Of a stretch of DNA of 59,979 nt, positions 35,828 to 46,329 are shown piece by piece. Each line of letters begins with the position of its first letter. Within the stretch, counting starts at the first letter, position 1. Source of the stretch: an uncultured Dehalococcoidia bacterium (lineage in GTDB: Bacteria > Chloroflexota > Dehalococcoidia > SZUA-161 > SpSt-899); the NCBI GenBank assembly GCA_964634125.1, contig CAZWIP010000001.1, positions 1 to 59,979 of the forward strand, in the 5' to 3' direction. The notes beneath the pieces were generated by a model. That model worked only from the letters and a program-made list of their open reading frames with translations. It did no database searches and had not been told where the DNA came from. The translations under genes were made by a program, and so were the position numbers.

Positions 35828-37021
35828 ATGGATTTTAGTTTAACACCAGAACAGGAAGCCCTCAGGCAGGAATTCGAAGAGTATTTCACCGAAAAAGAAA
35901 AACAGGCGCCTGAAGGATGGTTCACAGCAAAAATTGACTATTGTTACGAACACGACGAGGCCTGGGAATTTCATCGCACCATCGGAAATGAACTGGGTAA
36001 AAAAGGGTGGCTTTCTCTTCCCTGGCCCAAAGAACTTGGCGGACAGGGCTTCGGACAAATAGAGCAAATGCTATTCCAGGAAGTACGAGCATACCACCGT
36101 ATTCCTGGTTTTGACCCAGGCCCGGTTGTGGTTGCTGCTGGTGTTTTAGAACGGGGAACCGATGAACAGAAAAAGAAATGGCTCCCACTCATTGCCAGTG
36201 GCGAGTCGACCTGGTGCGAAGGTTGGAGCGAGCCGGATTCCGGTTCTGACTTAGCTTCAATTACCGCTACAACCGGTGTGCTTGATGGAGATGACTGGGT
36301 TATCAGCGGACAAAAGGTTTGGACCACGGGAGCTCATCGTTGCAGCCATATGATCCTTCTGGCGCGAACTGACCCCACTGCTCCCAAGCACAAAGGCATT
36401 ACTTACTTTCTCACGCCGATGGATGTGCCAGGCATTGAAGTTCGGCCGATACTTCGCATGTATCGCGGACATTCCTTCAATGAAGTCTTCTTTGATGGTT
36501 TCCGCATCCCCAAGGAGAACATTATTGGTGAAGCCAACCAGGGCTGGTATGTCCTCATGGCAGGTATGGACTTTGAGCGAACCGGAGTTTCCTTCGTCGC
36601 AGAGACTCGTCGCGATTTCGATGAATTGATAGAGTTTATCAAAGAGCATGGCTACGATGGCAGGAGTCCTGCGGAAATCGCCATTGTCAGACACAAGCTA
36701 GCCCAATGCCAAATTGAGCTCGATATATGGCGGCAGTGGGCATATTACGTGGCCTGGCTGCAAAGCAAAGGAGCTCACGTCCCCGGAGAAGCTTCATCCG
36801 TCAAGCGCGTTGGATCAGAACTCATGGTTGGAGTTTCTCAAGTGGGACTTGAGATTCTCGGCATGTATGGTCCGCTTCAAAACAGTTCCAAGTGGGCAAG
36901 ATTGCGCGGAGCATTTGAATATGCCTGCCAGCATGACCTCGGTATGACAATCGCTGGCGGAACCACGGAAGTACAAAAGAACATCATTGCATGGATGGGA
37001 CTGGAACTCCCGAGGAAATAG
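35828..37021 (+). CDS. acyl-CoA dehydrogenase family protein
   Basis: ACAD layout with the middle-domain block WCEGWSEPDSGSDL. The C-terminus reads IAGGTTEVQKNIIA where the canonical sequence is IYEGTNEIQ. Confidence 0.9.
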   Translation: MDFSLTPEQEALRQEFEEYFTEKEKQAPEGWFTAKIDYCYEHDEAWEFHRTIGNELGKKGWLSLPWPKELGGQGFGQIEQMLFQEVRAYHRIPGFDPGPVVVAAGVLERGTDEQKKKWLPLIASGESTWCEGWSEPDSGSDLASITATTGVLDGDDWVISGQKVWTTGAHRCSHMILLARTDPTAPKHKGITYFLTPMDVPGIEVRPILRMYRGHSFNEVFFDGFRIPKENIIGEANQGWYVLMAGMDFERTGVSFVAETRRDFDELIEFIKEHGYDGRSPAEIAIVRHKLAQCQIELDIWRQWAYYVAWLQSKGAHVPGEASSVKRVGSELMVGVSQVGLEILGMYGPLQNSSKWARLRGAFEYACQHDLGMTIAGGTTEVQKNIIAWMGLELPRK

Positions 37022-37037
37022 GGGATGTCCCCTGTAA

Positions 37038-37057
37038 GGGCAGTTCATGAACTGCCC
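37038..37057. other. perfect 20-bp palindrome between the two ACAD genes
   Basis: GGGCAGTTCATGAACTGCCC equals its own reverse complement. It lies 17 nt after the stop codon of 35828-37021. Confidence 0.5.
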
Positions 37058-37142
37058 CGACCACCAAGGGATTGATAGACGCACCAATCACCCCTCTCAA
37101 AAAGGGAACAAAATATTAAGACTCAAGCAGTGAGGAAAAGCA

Positions 37143-38273
37143 ATGAATCTAGATTTTACAGAAGATGAAGAACTTATACGGAGCATAAGCAGAGATTTTC
37201 TGGAGAAGGAATTCCCCAAAGATCTGGTAAAGCAACTTGAAGATGATCCGCAAGGTTATAGCCCGGAAGTCTGGAACAAGATGGCAGAACTAGGCTGGAT
37301 GGGCATGATGATTCCGGAGGAATATAACGGATTTGATGGCAGCTTCATGCAGCTTGTCATTCTTCTGGAAGAAATGGGACGAGCTTGCACGACTGGGCCG
37401 TTCTTCTCTACAACACTCGGGACACTGGCTATTCTGGATGCCGGTAGCCAAGAGCAAAAAGCAGAACTTCTTCCCAAGATAGCTCAGGGCGAACTTAAGC
37501 TGGCGCTGGCGTTAACCGAGCCCATTGCCAGATATGATGCTGCAAGAGTCACCATAGAAGCCAAATCTGAAGGAGACGATTACATCATCAACGGTACGAA
37601 GCTTTTCGTTCATGATGCCCAGGCAGCCGATTACCTCCTGTGCACGATAAGAACAGATTCATCCGCAGAACCTGAAAATGGGATAAGTTTCTTCATGGTG
37701 GACGCCAAGAGTGCCGGGATCAGCATTACTCCGCTCACAACCATGTCATACGATCATCAGAACGAAATCGTTTTCGAAAACGTTAGAGTACCAAAAGCCA
37801 ATCTATTGGGCGAATTGAATCAGGGCTGGCCTGTAGTTGAAAAACTGCTCGAAAAGGCAGCAGTAGCCAAATGCGCTGAAATGAATGGGGGTGCCGACTG
37901 GGTAGTGGCCACCAGTGTCGATTATGCCAAGGAACGGATACAATACGGAAAACCAATCGGCAGCTACCAGGCTATTCAACATTATCTCGCAGACATGTGG
38001 ACCAATGCAGAACTGTCAAAGCGAATTACCTACTACGCCGCATGGAAGATTGACCAGGGAATGCCCTGCACCATGGAAGCATCCATCATCAAAACATGGA
38101 TAAGCGATACCTACAATCATACATCTCGAATGGGTGTTCAGATTCATGGCGCTTTGGGAACCACCCGAGATCATGATATGGGTCTTTATTACCAACGGGC
38201 CAGGCAAGCATGGCCCCTCTTTGGCGACCCCGATTTCCATCGGGAGAAAGTCGCTCAGGAAATGGGACTCTAG
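37143..38273 (+). CDS. acyl-CoA dehydrogenase family protein
   Basis: ACAD layout with LALALTEP.. in the middle domain and a C-terminal helical domain. It sits in tandem with 35828-37021. Confidence 0.9.
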   Translation: MNLDFTEDEELIRSISRDFLEKEFPKDLVKQLEDDPQGYSPEVWNKMAELGWMGMMIPEEYNGFDGSFMQLVILLEEMGRACTTGPFFSTTLGTLAILDAGSQEQKAELLPKIAQGELKLALALTEPIARYDAARVTIEAKSEGDDYIINGTKLFVHDAQAADYLLCTIRTDSSAEPENGISFFMVDAKSAGISITPLTTMSYDHQNEIVFENVRVPKANLLGELNQGWPVVEKLLEKAAVAKCAEMNGGADWVVATSVDYAKERIQYGKPIGSYQAIQHYLADMWTNAELSKRITYYAAWKIDQGMPCTMEASIIKTWISDTYNHTSRMGVQIHGALGTTRDHDMGLYYQRARQAWPLFGDPDFHREKVAQEMGL

Positions 38274-38300
38274 CTCGTTTCTTTAGAATAAACCAATTGA

Positions 38301-38331
38301 AAAACCACCATCGGATGATGGTGGTTTTTTC
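38301..38331 (+). terminator. rho-independent terminator
   Basis: ACCACCATC pairs with GATGGTGGT (9-bp stem) around the loop GGAT. It is preceded by an A-run and followed by TTTTTT. Confidence 0.8.
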
Positions 38332-38413
38332 TTACCGATTTTTTGTTTCAGCCATGTGTGCTATAGTGAACCTTTAAGGTAATATCAGTACTTGGAAGGG
38401 AGGACCATCTCAT

Positions 38414-38833
38414 ATGGCAACCGAACACCCGGCTCGATTGGCAGGAAAACAATCCATGAGCGCAGCAGAGCGAAAAGCTAAAGACGAATGGCTTGATTTG
38501 TACGCAGATGATGCAAAGATCGAGGACCCGGTCGGTCCATCCCCCATGGATCCTGAAGGCAAGGGACATGCCGGAAAAGCAGCTATTGCCGCATTCTGGG
38601 ATAACAACATAGCAAACACGGGACTCAAGTTCGAGATTAAAGATTCGTTTGCCTGTGGACAGGAAGCGGCTAATGTTGGTGCCATCAAGTTGTCTTTCCC
38701 TAATGGAGCTACAGCCCTGTGCGAAGGAGTATTCAAGTATCGGGTAAATGATGAAGGGAAGATTATCTCACTCAGAGCTTTCTGGGAACTTGATAGAATG
38801 ATGGCAACGATGACCCAGCCACCAGCAACATAA
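38414..38833 (+). CDS. SnoaL-like / NTF2-fold protein (ketosteroid-isomerase-like)
   Basis: 139 aa. The pattern LYADDAKIEDPVG...G..AI..FW is typical of SnoaL/KSI-like polyketide-cyclase-fold proteins. GGGAGGA precedes the ATG. Confidence 0.7.
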   Translation: MATEHPARLAGKQSMSAAERKAKDEWLDLYADDAKIEDPVGPSPMDPEGKGHAGKAAIAAFWDNNIANTGLKFEIKDSFACGQEAANVGAIKLSFPNGATALCEGVFKYRVNDEGKIISLRAFWELDRMMATMTQPPAT

Positions 38834-38897
38834 CGGTCTTGACATGCCATAGTCTAGGGCCTAAAATCTCAAGTCTTGCACACAATGGACAAAAGAA

Positions 38898-38984
38898 GCC
38901 ACGGAGTCACAGAGATTCAAATTATAGGGGATGGGGATGGGTGAAACATAAATAAAAACTCTGTGTCCTCGGTGTCTCTGTGGC
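38898..38984. repeat. inverted-repeat element, family B copy 2
   Basis: The left arm is GCCACGGAGTCACAGAG and the right arm is CTCTGTGTCCTCGGTGTCTCTGTGGC. The arm is similar to the one at 2199-2295. Confidence 0.5.
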
Positions 38985-39013
38985 ATCCTTCCGCCGGGTT
39001 AGGGAGTAATGGT

Positions 39014-40264
39014 TTGGCAAATATCTCTGAAAAACTTGCAGCACAGCTACCCCAAGGACTCTTGAACCTCCTCAGAGAAATCGGCGAAATATCCGCTGCG
39101 AGGGGAGAAAACGTATTCCTTGTGGGAGGAGTTGTACGGGATGTTATTCTGGAACGTTCTAACCTCGACATGGACCTGGTAACAGAAGGCAAGGCAATCT
39201 CATTTGCACGTCAGCTATCCAAGATCAAAGACTGGGACATAAAAACTCATCCTCGTTTCGGGACAGCGAAACTTACCCACGAAGATTTTAGCCTCGATCT
39301 CGTGACAGCACGCTTTGAAACTTATTCACGACCAGGCGCACTTCCCACAGTGGAAAGAGGCACTATACAAGACGATCTTGCCAGGCGTGATTTCACCATC
39401 AATGCAATGGCCATCCACCTTAATCCGGATTTGTTTGGCGAACTGCTGGACCCACATGAGGGACAAAACGATCTTCAACACAAACTAGTGAGGATACTAC
39501 ATACTGGTAGCTTTAGCGATGATCCTACCCGTATACTCCGTGCTTTACGCTATGAGCAACGTCTCGATTTTAAACTTGAGCCCGATACGGAAAAACTGGT
39601 TCGAAAACATCTTGATAATCTCGATACGGTTACTGGGGAGCGTCTGTGGAGCGAATTGGAATTGATCCTGCAAGAAGAGTACCCCGAAAAAGCCCTCAAA
39701 CGCGCTGACGAACTAGGAGTGCTTCAACAACTATATCCAAAGCTAAAGGGTGATAAATGGCTGGCAGAGAAATTTGCCCAGGCCCGTGACCTCCATGATA
39801 AATCGCTCTCACTGCCCTCGATCTATCTTTCGCTATTGTGCTACCGGCTCAACGATGAAGAAATCGAAAGCTGCATCACTCGATTTAAAATGCCGGGGTG
39901 GGCTATTCGTACATTGAAAGATACTATTCAAATCAAAAAGTCTATCCCTCAATTAGACAAAGCGGTTCTGAATCCAAGCGATATTTATTTTGAACTGCAA
40001 CATCGTGCCCCGGAAACCATTATGTCTACTTCTGTAGCCTCTCATTCGCTTGTCATCCAACAAAGACTTCAACTCTACCTAAACGAATTGCGTTATGTAA
40101 AGCCCGCATTGAGCGGTGAGTATCTCAAAAACATGGGTACACCTAAAGGCAAAAAAGTAGGACAGATATTGTTGGCTCTACACGCAGCAAGGCTGGACAG
40201 TAAGGTATCAAATCTGGAAGAAGAAAAAACTTTAGCCCGGGAACTACTGCATACCATAACTTGA
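39014..40264 (+). CDS. CCA-adding enzyme / poly(A) polymerase family tRNA nucleotidyltransferase
   Basis: Head-domain motifs VFLVGGVVRD, DMDLV and RRDFTINAM are present. I prefer a TTG start at 39014 (AGGGAG 7 nt upstream). The ORF opens at GTG 38963, but that codon lies inside repeat B2. Confidence 0.85.
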   Translation: MANISEKLAAQLPQGLLNLLREIGEISAARGENVFLVGGVVRDVILERSNLDMDLVTEGKAISFARQLSKIKDWDIKTHPRFGTAKLTHEDFSLDLVTARFETYSRPGALPTVERGTIQDDLARRDFTINAMAIHLNPDLFGELLDPHEGQNDLQHKLVRILHTGSFSDDPTRILRALRYEQRLDFKLEPDTEKLVRKHLDNLDTVTGERLWSELELILQEEYPEKALKRADELGVLQQLYPKLKGDKWLAEKFAQARDLHDKSLSLPSIYLSLLCYRLNDEEIESCITRFKMPGWAIRTLKDTIQIKKSIPQLDKAVLNPSDIYFELQHRAPETIMSTSVASHSLVIQQRLQLYLNELRYVKPALSGEYLKNMGTPKGKKVGQILLALHAARLDSKVSNLEEEKTLARELLHTIT

Positions 40265-40403
40265 TGGGTACAACTTATTCTATATTTGTTTTCAATACAA
40301 ATATTACCATTTTACACTTGTCTCCAGGCACCTGCTTTGCTTGACATCAAGCTGGAATTATGTTTGGATAAAATCAACGTGCTTTCGAGGGAGTAATTAA
40401 GGT

Positions 40404-41507
40404 ATGGAAAGGCCCAAGATATTAGAAGTCAAGGACATTAACCTGACCTTTGGTGGCGTTACAGCTCTTGCTGACGTGAGCTTCGATGTTAGAGAAGGGG
40501 AAATCCTTTCAATTATCGGACCCAACGGTGCAGGAAAGACGTCCATGCTCAACTGTATAAACGGTTTCTACAAGCCTGAAATGGGAGAAATCGCTTTCAA
40601 GGGACAAAAGTTCATGAAACCCGAAAGGCAGCTCTCTTCTAAGAGACAGGCGGTTTTGTACTTATTATCTTTCATTTTTTGTGGTCCTCTTTTTGTTCTC
40701 TTCCTCATTGGGATTTTACACTCCATTCTTAAGTCATCAGCTTGGCTACCCGGATCTCCACCAACCAAAAAGTTGTCTGGTTGGCCACGGACGGGTTTAT
40801 ATTTCGCAGCTTTTCTTACAAGTGGTCTTTCGCTTGTCATTTATTCCTTGCTTACTGGCGGTTCTTTTAGCATCCTCATTATCGTAGGCATCATTTTCCA
40901 ATGTCTTTGTGGCCTGATTATTTTCATGCTGGTTTTACGCAATCTAGAGTCATCAATCCCTCCGGATCAAATTGCCCGGCTTGGTATAGGTAGAACATTT
41001 CAGAATATTCAGCTATATACCGGACTGAGCACCGTTGATAACCTGATGGCAGCCAGACATCTCCATTTCAAATCAAACTTTGTTGAAGGAGCTCTCTATT
41101 TCGGGAAAGCACATCACCAGGAGATCATACACCGCCAAGCTGTTGAGGAAACGATAGAATTCCTGGAAATACAACCTTACAGAAAAACAAAGGTTGGAGC
41201 TCTTCCCTACGGATTGCGAAAGAGAATAGACCTGGGAAGAGCCTTGACTCAGAAACCCAAATTACTCCTCCTTGACGAACCAATGGCAGGGATGAACGTT
41301 GACGAAAAAGAAGACATGGCCAGGTTCATTTTGGACGTACAGGAAGAAACAGGAATGGCTATCGTGCTCATCGAGCATGATATGGGTGTAGTCATGGACA
41401 TTACCGATAGGCTTGTGGTTCTTGACTTCGGGAGGAAAATTGCAGAAGGTGTTCCTGACGAAGTGAAGCAAGACCCCGCGGTTATTAAGGCCTACTTAGG
41501 CGAGTAG
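40404..41507 (+). CDS. LivG-type ABC transporter ATP-binding protein with ~110-aa hydrophobic insertion
   Basis: It carries Walker A (GPNGAGKTS), the Q-loop region IARLGIGRTFQN, the signature region YGLRKRIDLGRAL, Walker B (LLLLDEP) and the H-loop (IEHDM). Residues ~75-184, between Walker A and the Q-loop, are three long hydrophobic stretches that I recall being absent from E. coli LivG. Confidence 0.85.
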   Translation: MERPKILEVKDINLTFGGVTALADVSFDVREGEILSIIGPNGAGKTSMLNCINGFYKPEMGEIAFKGQKFMKPERQLSSKRQAVLYLLSFIFCGPLFVLFLIGILHSILKSSAWLPGSPPTKKLSGWPRTGLYFAAFLTSGLSLVIYSLLTGGSFSILIIVGIIFQCLCGLIIFMLVLRNLESSIPPDQIARLGIGRTFQNIQLYTGLSTVDNLMAARHLHFKSNFVEGALYFGKAHHQEIIHRQAVEETIEFLEIQPYRKTKVGALPYGLRKRIDLGRALTQKPKLLLLDEPMAGMNVDEKEDMARFILDVQEETGMAIVLIEHDMGVVMDITDRLVVLDFGRKIAEGVPDEVKQDPAVIKAYLGE

Positions 41508-41529
41508 CAATATTATCGGAGGCTAACGG

Positions 41530-42342
41530 ATGGCATTGCTGAGCTTGGAAAATATAGAAGTAAAGTACATGGGTGTAATACTCGTGTTAAGAGGCGTTTC
41601 ATTAGCAGTGGATGATGGCCACATTGTTTCTTTGTTGGGGAGCAACGGAGCTGGCAAAACTACCACGCTTAGAGCGATTTCGGGACTTCTCAAGTCAGAA
41701 GATGGCAGAGTGACTGAAGGCAACATTGAATATAAAGGACAAAAGATAGAAAATGGTGACCCAGAGGAGATCGCTAAACAGGGAATAATCCAGGTGATGG
41801 AGGGAAGGAGAATCCTGGAGCACCTTACTGTTGAAGAAAACCTGAAAGCCGCGGCATACGTCTTGGGAAGCAATTCAAAAACAAAAGAAGACCTTGACAT
41901 GGTATATGGGTATTTCCCCAAATTAGAAATGCTCCGCAACCAAACTAGCGGATATCTTTCTGGTGGTGAGCAGCAGATGTTAGTTGTTGGACGTGCTCTC
42001 ATGGCACACCCTACTGTTGTTATGATCGATGAAGCTTCACTTGGGCTTGCCCCTCTTCTGCAAAAAGAAATATACGGCATAATAAACAGAATTAATAAAG
42101 AGGAAAAAGTATCCATACTTCTGGTGGAGCAGAACGCTAGGGCAGCTCTCTCTATCTCCGACTATGCCTATATAATGGAAAATGGCAAAATCGTTCTTGA
42201 AGGCCCCTCTTCCGAGATGGTCAACAACAACGATGTAAAGGAATTCTACCTGGGAGTTGGGTCGTTAGGAGAAAGAAAGAATTACAGGGATGTAAAGCAC
42301 TACAAACGAAAGAGGCGCTGGGTCGCTTTGGGCCTGGGCTAG
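41530..42342 (+). CDS. LivF-type ABC transporter ATP-binding protein
   Basis: Walker A (GSNGAGKTT), signature (LSGGEQQML) and Walker B (VVMIDEAS) are present. A basic C-terminal extension of about 30 aa (RKNYRDVKHYKRKRRW) follows. Confidence 0.9.
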   Translation: MALLSLENIEVKYMGVILVLRGVSLAVDDGHIVSLLGSNGAGKTTTLRAISGLLKSEDGRVTEGNIEYKGQKIENGDPEEIAKQGIIQVMEGRRILEHLTVEENLKAAAYVLGSNSKTKEDLDMVYGYFPKLEMLRNQTSGYLSGGEQQMLVVGRALMAHPTVVMIDEASLGLAPLLQKEIYGIINRINKEEKVSILLVEQNARAALSISDYAYIMENGKIVLEGPSSEMVNNNDVKEFYLGVGSLGERKNYRDVKHYKRKRRWVALGLG

Positions 42343-42373
42343 TATCCAGTAAATATCATCTGGAATTTGGTAA

Positions 42374-44287
<1,914 letters not shown>

Positions 44288-44351
44288 TCACCTTCGAAAA
44301 TGACCAGTGGAAACCGGAATCCAGCTATAACACCAGATTGCCGGAAGAAGT

Positions 44352-45206
44352 CTATTTGTAGGTATAAAATCCTCTGCCTGCCTTGTTCCCATATAATCCA
44401 GCCTTGACCATTTGAACAATCAAATGGGAAGGATGGTATTGCGAACCACCGTAAGCTTCATGCAGAATGTGCAAAATATGCAGTACAGTATCCATGCCCA
44501 TAAAATCAAGCGTAGTTACAGGCCCCATGGGCATACCCAGCCCCACTTTGAAACACTTGTCGATATCCTCTTTGGTACCTCTCTCTTCCGATAAAACTTT
44601 GGCAGCTTCGTTGTAGTAAGCCATTGGCGAGAGTTGCAGGCCATGTCCAGGGCCATCCCTCCAATGAATAACCTCTTTGCCAATATCCTTTGCTAACTTC
44701 TCAATGACCGCACATGTCTCATCTGAAGTTAAAAGCCCCCTGATACCATTGACCAGAGGCATAACTGGAACCGGCTGGAGAAAATGCATACCCATGAACT
44801 TATCCGGGCGCTTGGTGAACCCAGCCATTTCTGTAATGGGGAGCGAAGATGAATTGGAAGCAAATATCGTATGCTGAGGACAAATTTCATCGAGTCTGGA
44901 GAAGACATCTTTTTTCAATCCGAGATCTTCAAAGATGACTTCAATGACTATATCAGCGTCTTTGGCATCTGCTAAATCCGTAGAGGCTCTCAGATTACTA
45001 AGGATTTCGTTCTTCTTGTCCTCCGTAATTTTCCCTTTGGCAACCTTTCCTTCCATCCGTTGCGTGATTCCATTGACACCACGTTGCACGAACTCTTCTT
45101 TTATATCATTTGCCGTGGTATTGAATCCATACTCAATACAACACTGTACAATACCACTTCCCATCAACCCTCCACCACCAATCACAAATATATTCTTGAC
45201 GTCCAT
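44352..45206 (-). CDS. 3-hydroxyacyl-CoA / 3-hydroxybutyryl-CoA dehydrogenase
   Basis: The Rossmann motif IGGGGLMGSGI and the block GMHFLQPVPVMPLV are present. The conserved LVEVI position reads LVNGI. 284 aa. Confidence 0.9.
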   Translation of the reverse strand: MDVKNIFVIGGGGLMGSGIVQCCIEYGFNTTANDIKEEFVQRGVNGITQRMEGKVAKGKITEDKKNEILSNLRASTDLADAKDADIVIEVIFEDLGLKKDVFSRLDEICPQHTIFASNSSSLPITEMAGFTKRPDKFMGMHFLQPVPVMPLVNGIRGLLTSDETCAVIEKLAKDIGKEVIHWRDGPGHGLQLSPMAYYNEAAKVLSEERGTKEDIDKCFKVGLGMPMGPVTTLDFMGMDTVLHILHILHEAYGGSQYHPSHLIVQMVKAGLYGNKAGRGFYTYK

Positions 45207-45285
45207 CTGTTTCCTTGATTGTTGTTCTAACGCTCTAACTAGTGCCCCTCAGGCCACATATTGCGACGCGAGGGGCTCTTGTTTT

Positions 45286-46236
45286 TTATTTCCTGCCGGG
45301 GTAAACCTGCGTGAACTTGGTTCCGTCATTGATCTGCTCAAAGACCGCCTTCTTCTCTTCAGCGGTACCGTGATCCAGCCTTCGGATTGCCGCACCATCA
45401 ATAACTTCACGAAGCAAGCGAAGTTCTTCTTTGGTCGGGACGCATGTCTGGGGAACGTTTTTGGGGACGATCGGCTTGAAACCAGTGTTTTTGAGCACTT
45501 GGTTAACCGTTACGCCTTTATGAACCGATGCCAATCTCATCTGTTTGGTCTTTGGATCAATATCGAAAATACACAATGGGGTGAATATCTTTGCGACAGC
45601 ACCGTACGGTATATCTCCGGCTTTGCGCTCAGGACCCCAGCCAGCAGAAGATCTGAAATCTACCTTCTCAGGGAAGTTCCTCTTCAAGTGGGTAGGCAGA
45701 GTAAAGTAAGTTCTACCGCTATTTGTCGAATTGTCGGGCAGACCTCGAGAACCCACAAAATACCTGTCCGGCTTCTTCGGATTTCCGATAAGAGCAAGGT
45801 TTGCATTCCCTTGTTTGTCTACTTGTAGGGGCTGCATCATGATATTCCATTTGCCCCCAAGCACCAGGGCAAAGATATCTTCACTGGTAACCTGGGCAGA
45901 GGGATATTCCTCAGGTGGGTTACCTACCTGGAAGGGAAACCTTGGGCCGTCAGTCAAGCACCCATTTCCGCCAAGTCGCGAGTAATCGTGGTGACAGGGA
46001 ATCTGTGGTGCATTCATCTTCTGAGCTAATGCCTCAGCTACAAATGTCCAGTTCAAAACCCCGGACAACGCAATTTTGTCATTAGGGCCAAATTCGCGCG
46101 CCAGTGCAACACACATCTGCTCTTCTATTGTATAACCAGTCGCAAGATCAGTCTTGCTCGACTTCTTGGGAGTTGCCTTCGTTGCCGCTTTAGTTGTTTT
46201 TTTGGTTGCTGTTTTGCCTTTGGTTGCTTTTGCCAC
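45286..46236 (-). CDS. CoA-transferase subunit B (glutaconate CoA-transferase GctB-like) with Lys/Thr-rich N-terminal tail
   Basis: A GTG start follows GGAGGA. The core aligns by eye with GctB (QVDKQGNANLALIG...FVGSRG...). The first ~32 aa read MAKATKGKTATKKTTKAATKATPKKSSKTD. Confidence 0.85.
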   Translation of the reverse strand: MAKATKGKTATKKTTKAATKATPKKSSKTDLATGYTIEEQMCVALAREFGPNDKIALSGVLNWTFVAEALAQKMNAPQIPCHHDYSRLGGNGCLTDGPRFPFQVGNPPEEYPSAQVTSEDIFALVLGGKWNIMMQPLQVDKQGNANLALIGNPKKPDRYFVGSRGLPDNSTNSGRTYFTLPTHLKRNFPEKVDFRSSAGWGPERKAGDIPYGAVAKIFTPLCIFDIDPKTKQMRLASVHKGVTVNQVLKNTGFKPIVPKNVPQTCVPTKEELRLLREVIDGAAIRRLDHGTAEEKKAVFEQINDGTKFTQVYPGRK

Positions 46237-46329
46237 TATCCATCCTCCGTTTCGTTTTTCTTAACGACCGCTTGCCGATCAATCCGTATCAATTGACAAG
46301 CTCGATAACTAAATCAATCGAAAGTTTTT

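Noticed and set aside
44935-45828. 297-aa plus-strand ORF, the longest unexplained ORF in the six-frame track
   Set aside because: It lies entirely antisense to two well-supported genes (the 3-hydroxyacyl-CoA dehydrogenase and CoA-transferase B). It has no SD and a low-complexity Ser/Leu/Pro-rich composition typical of shadow ORFs.
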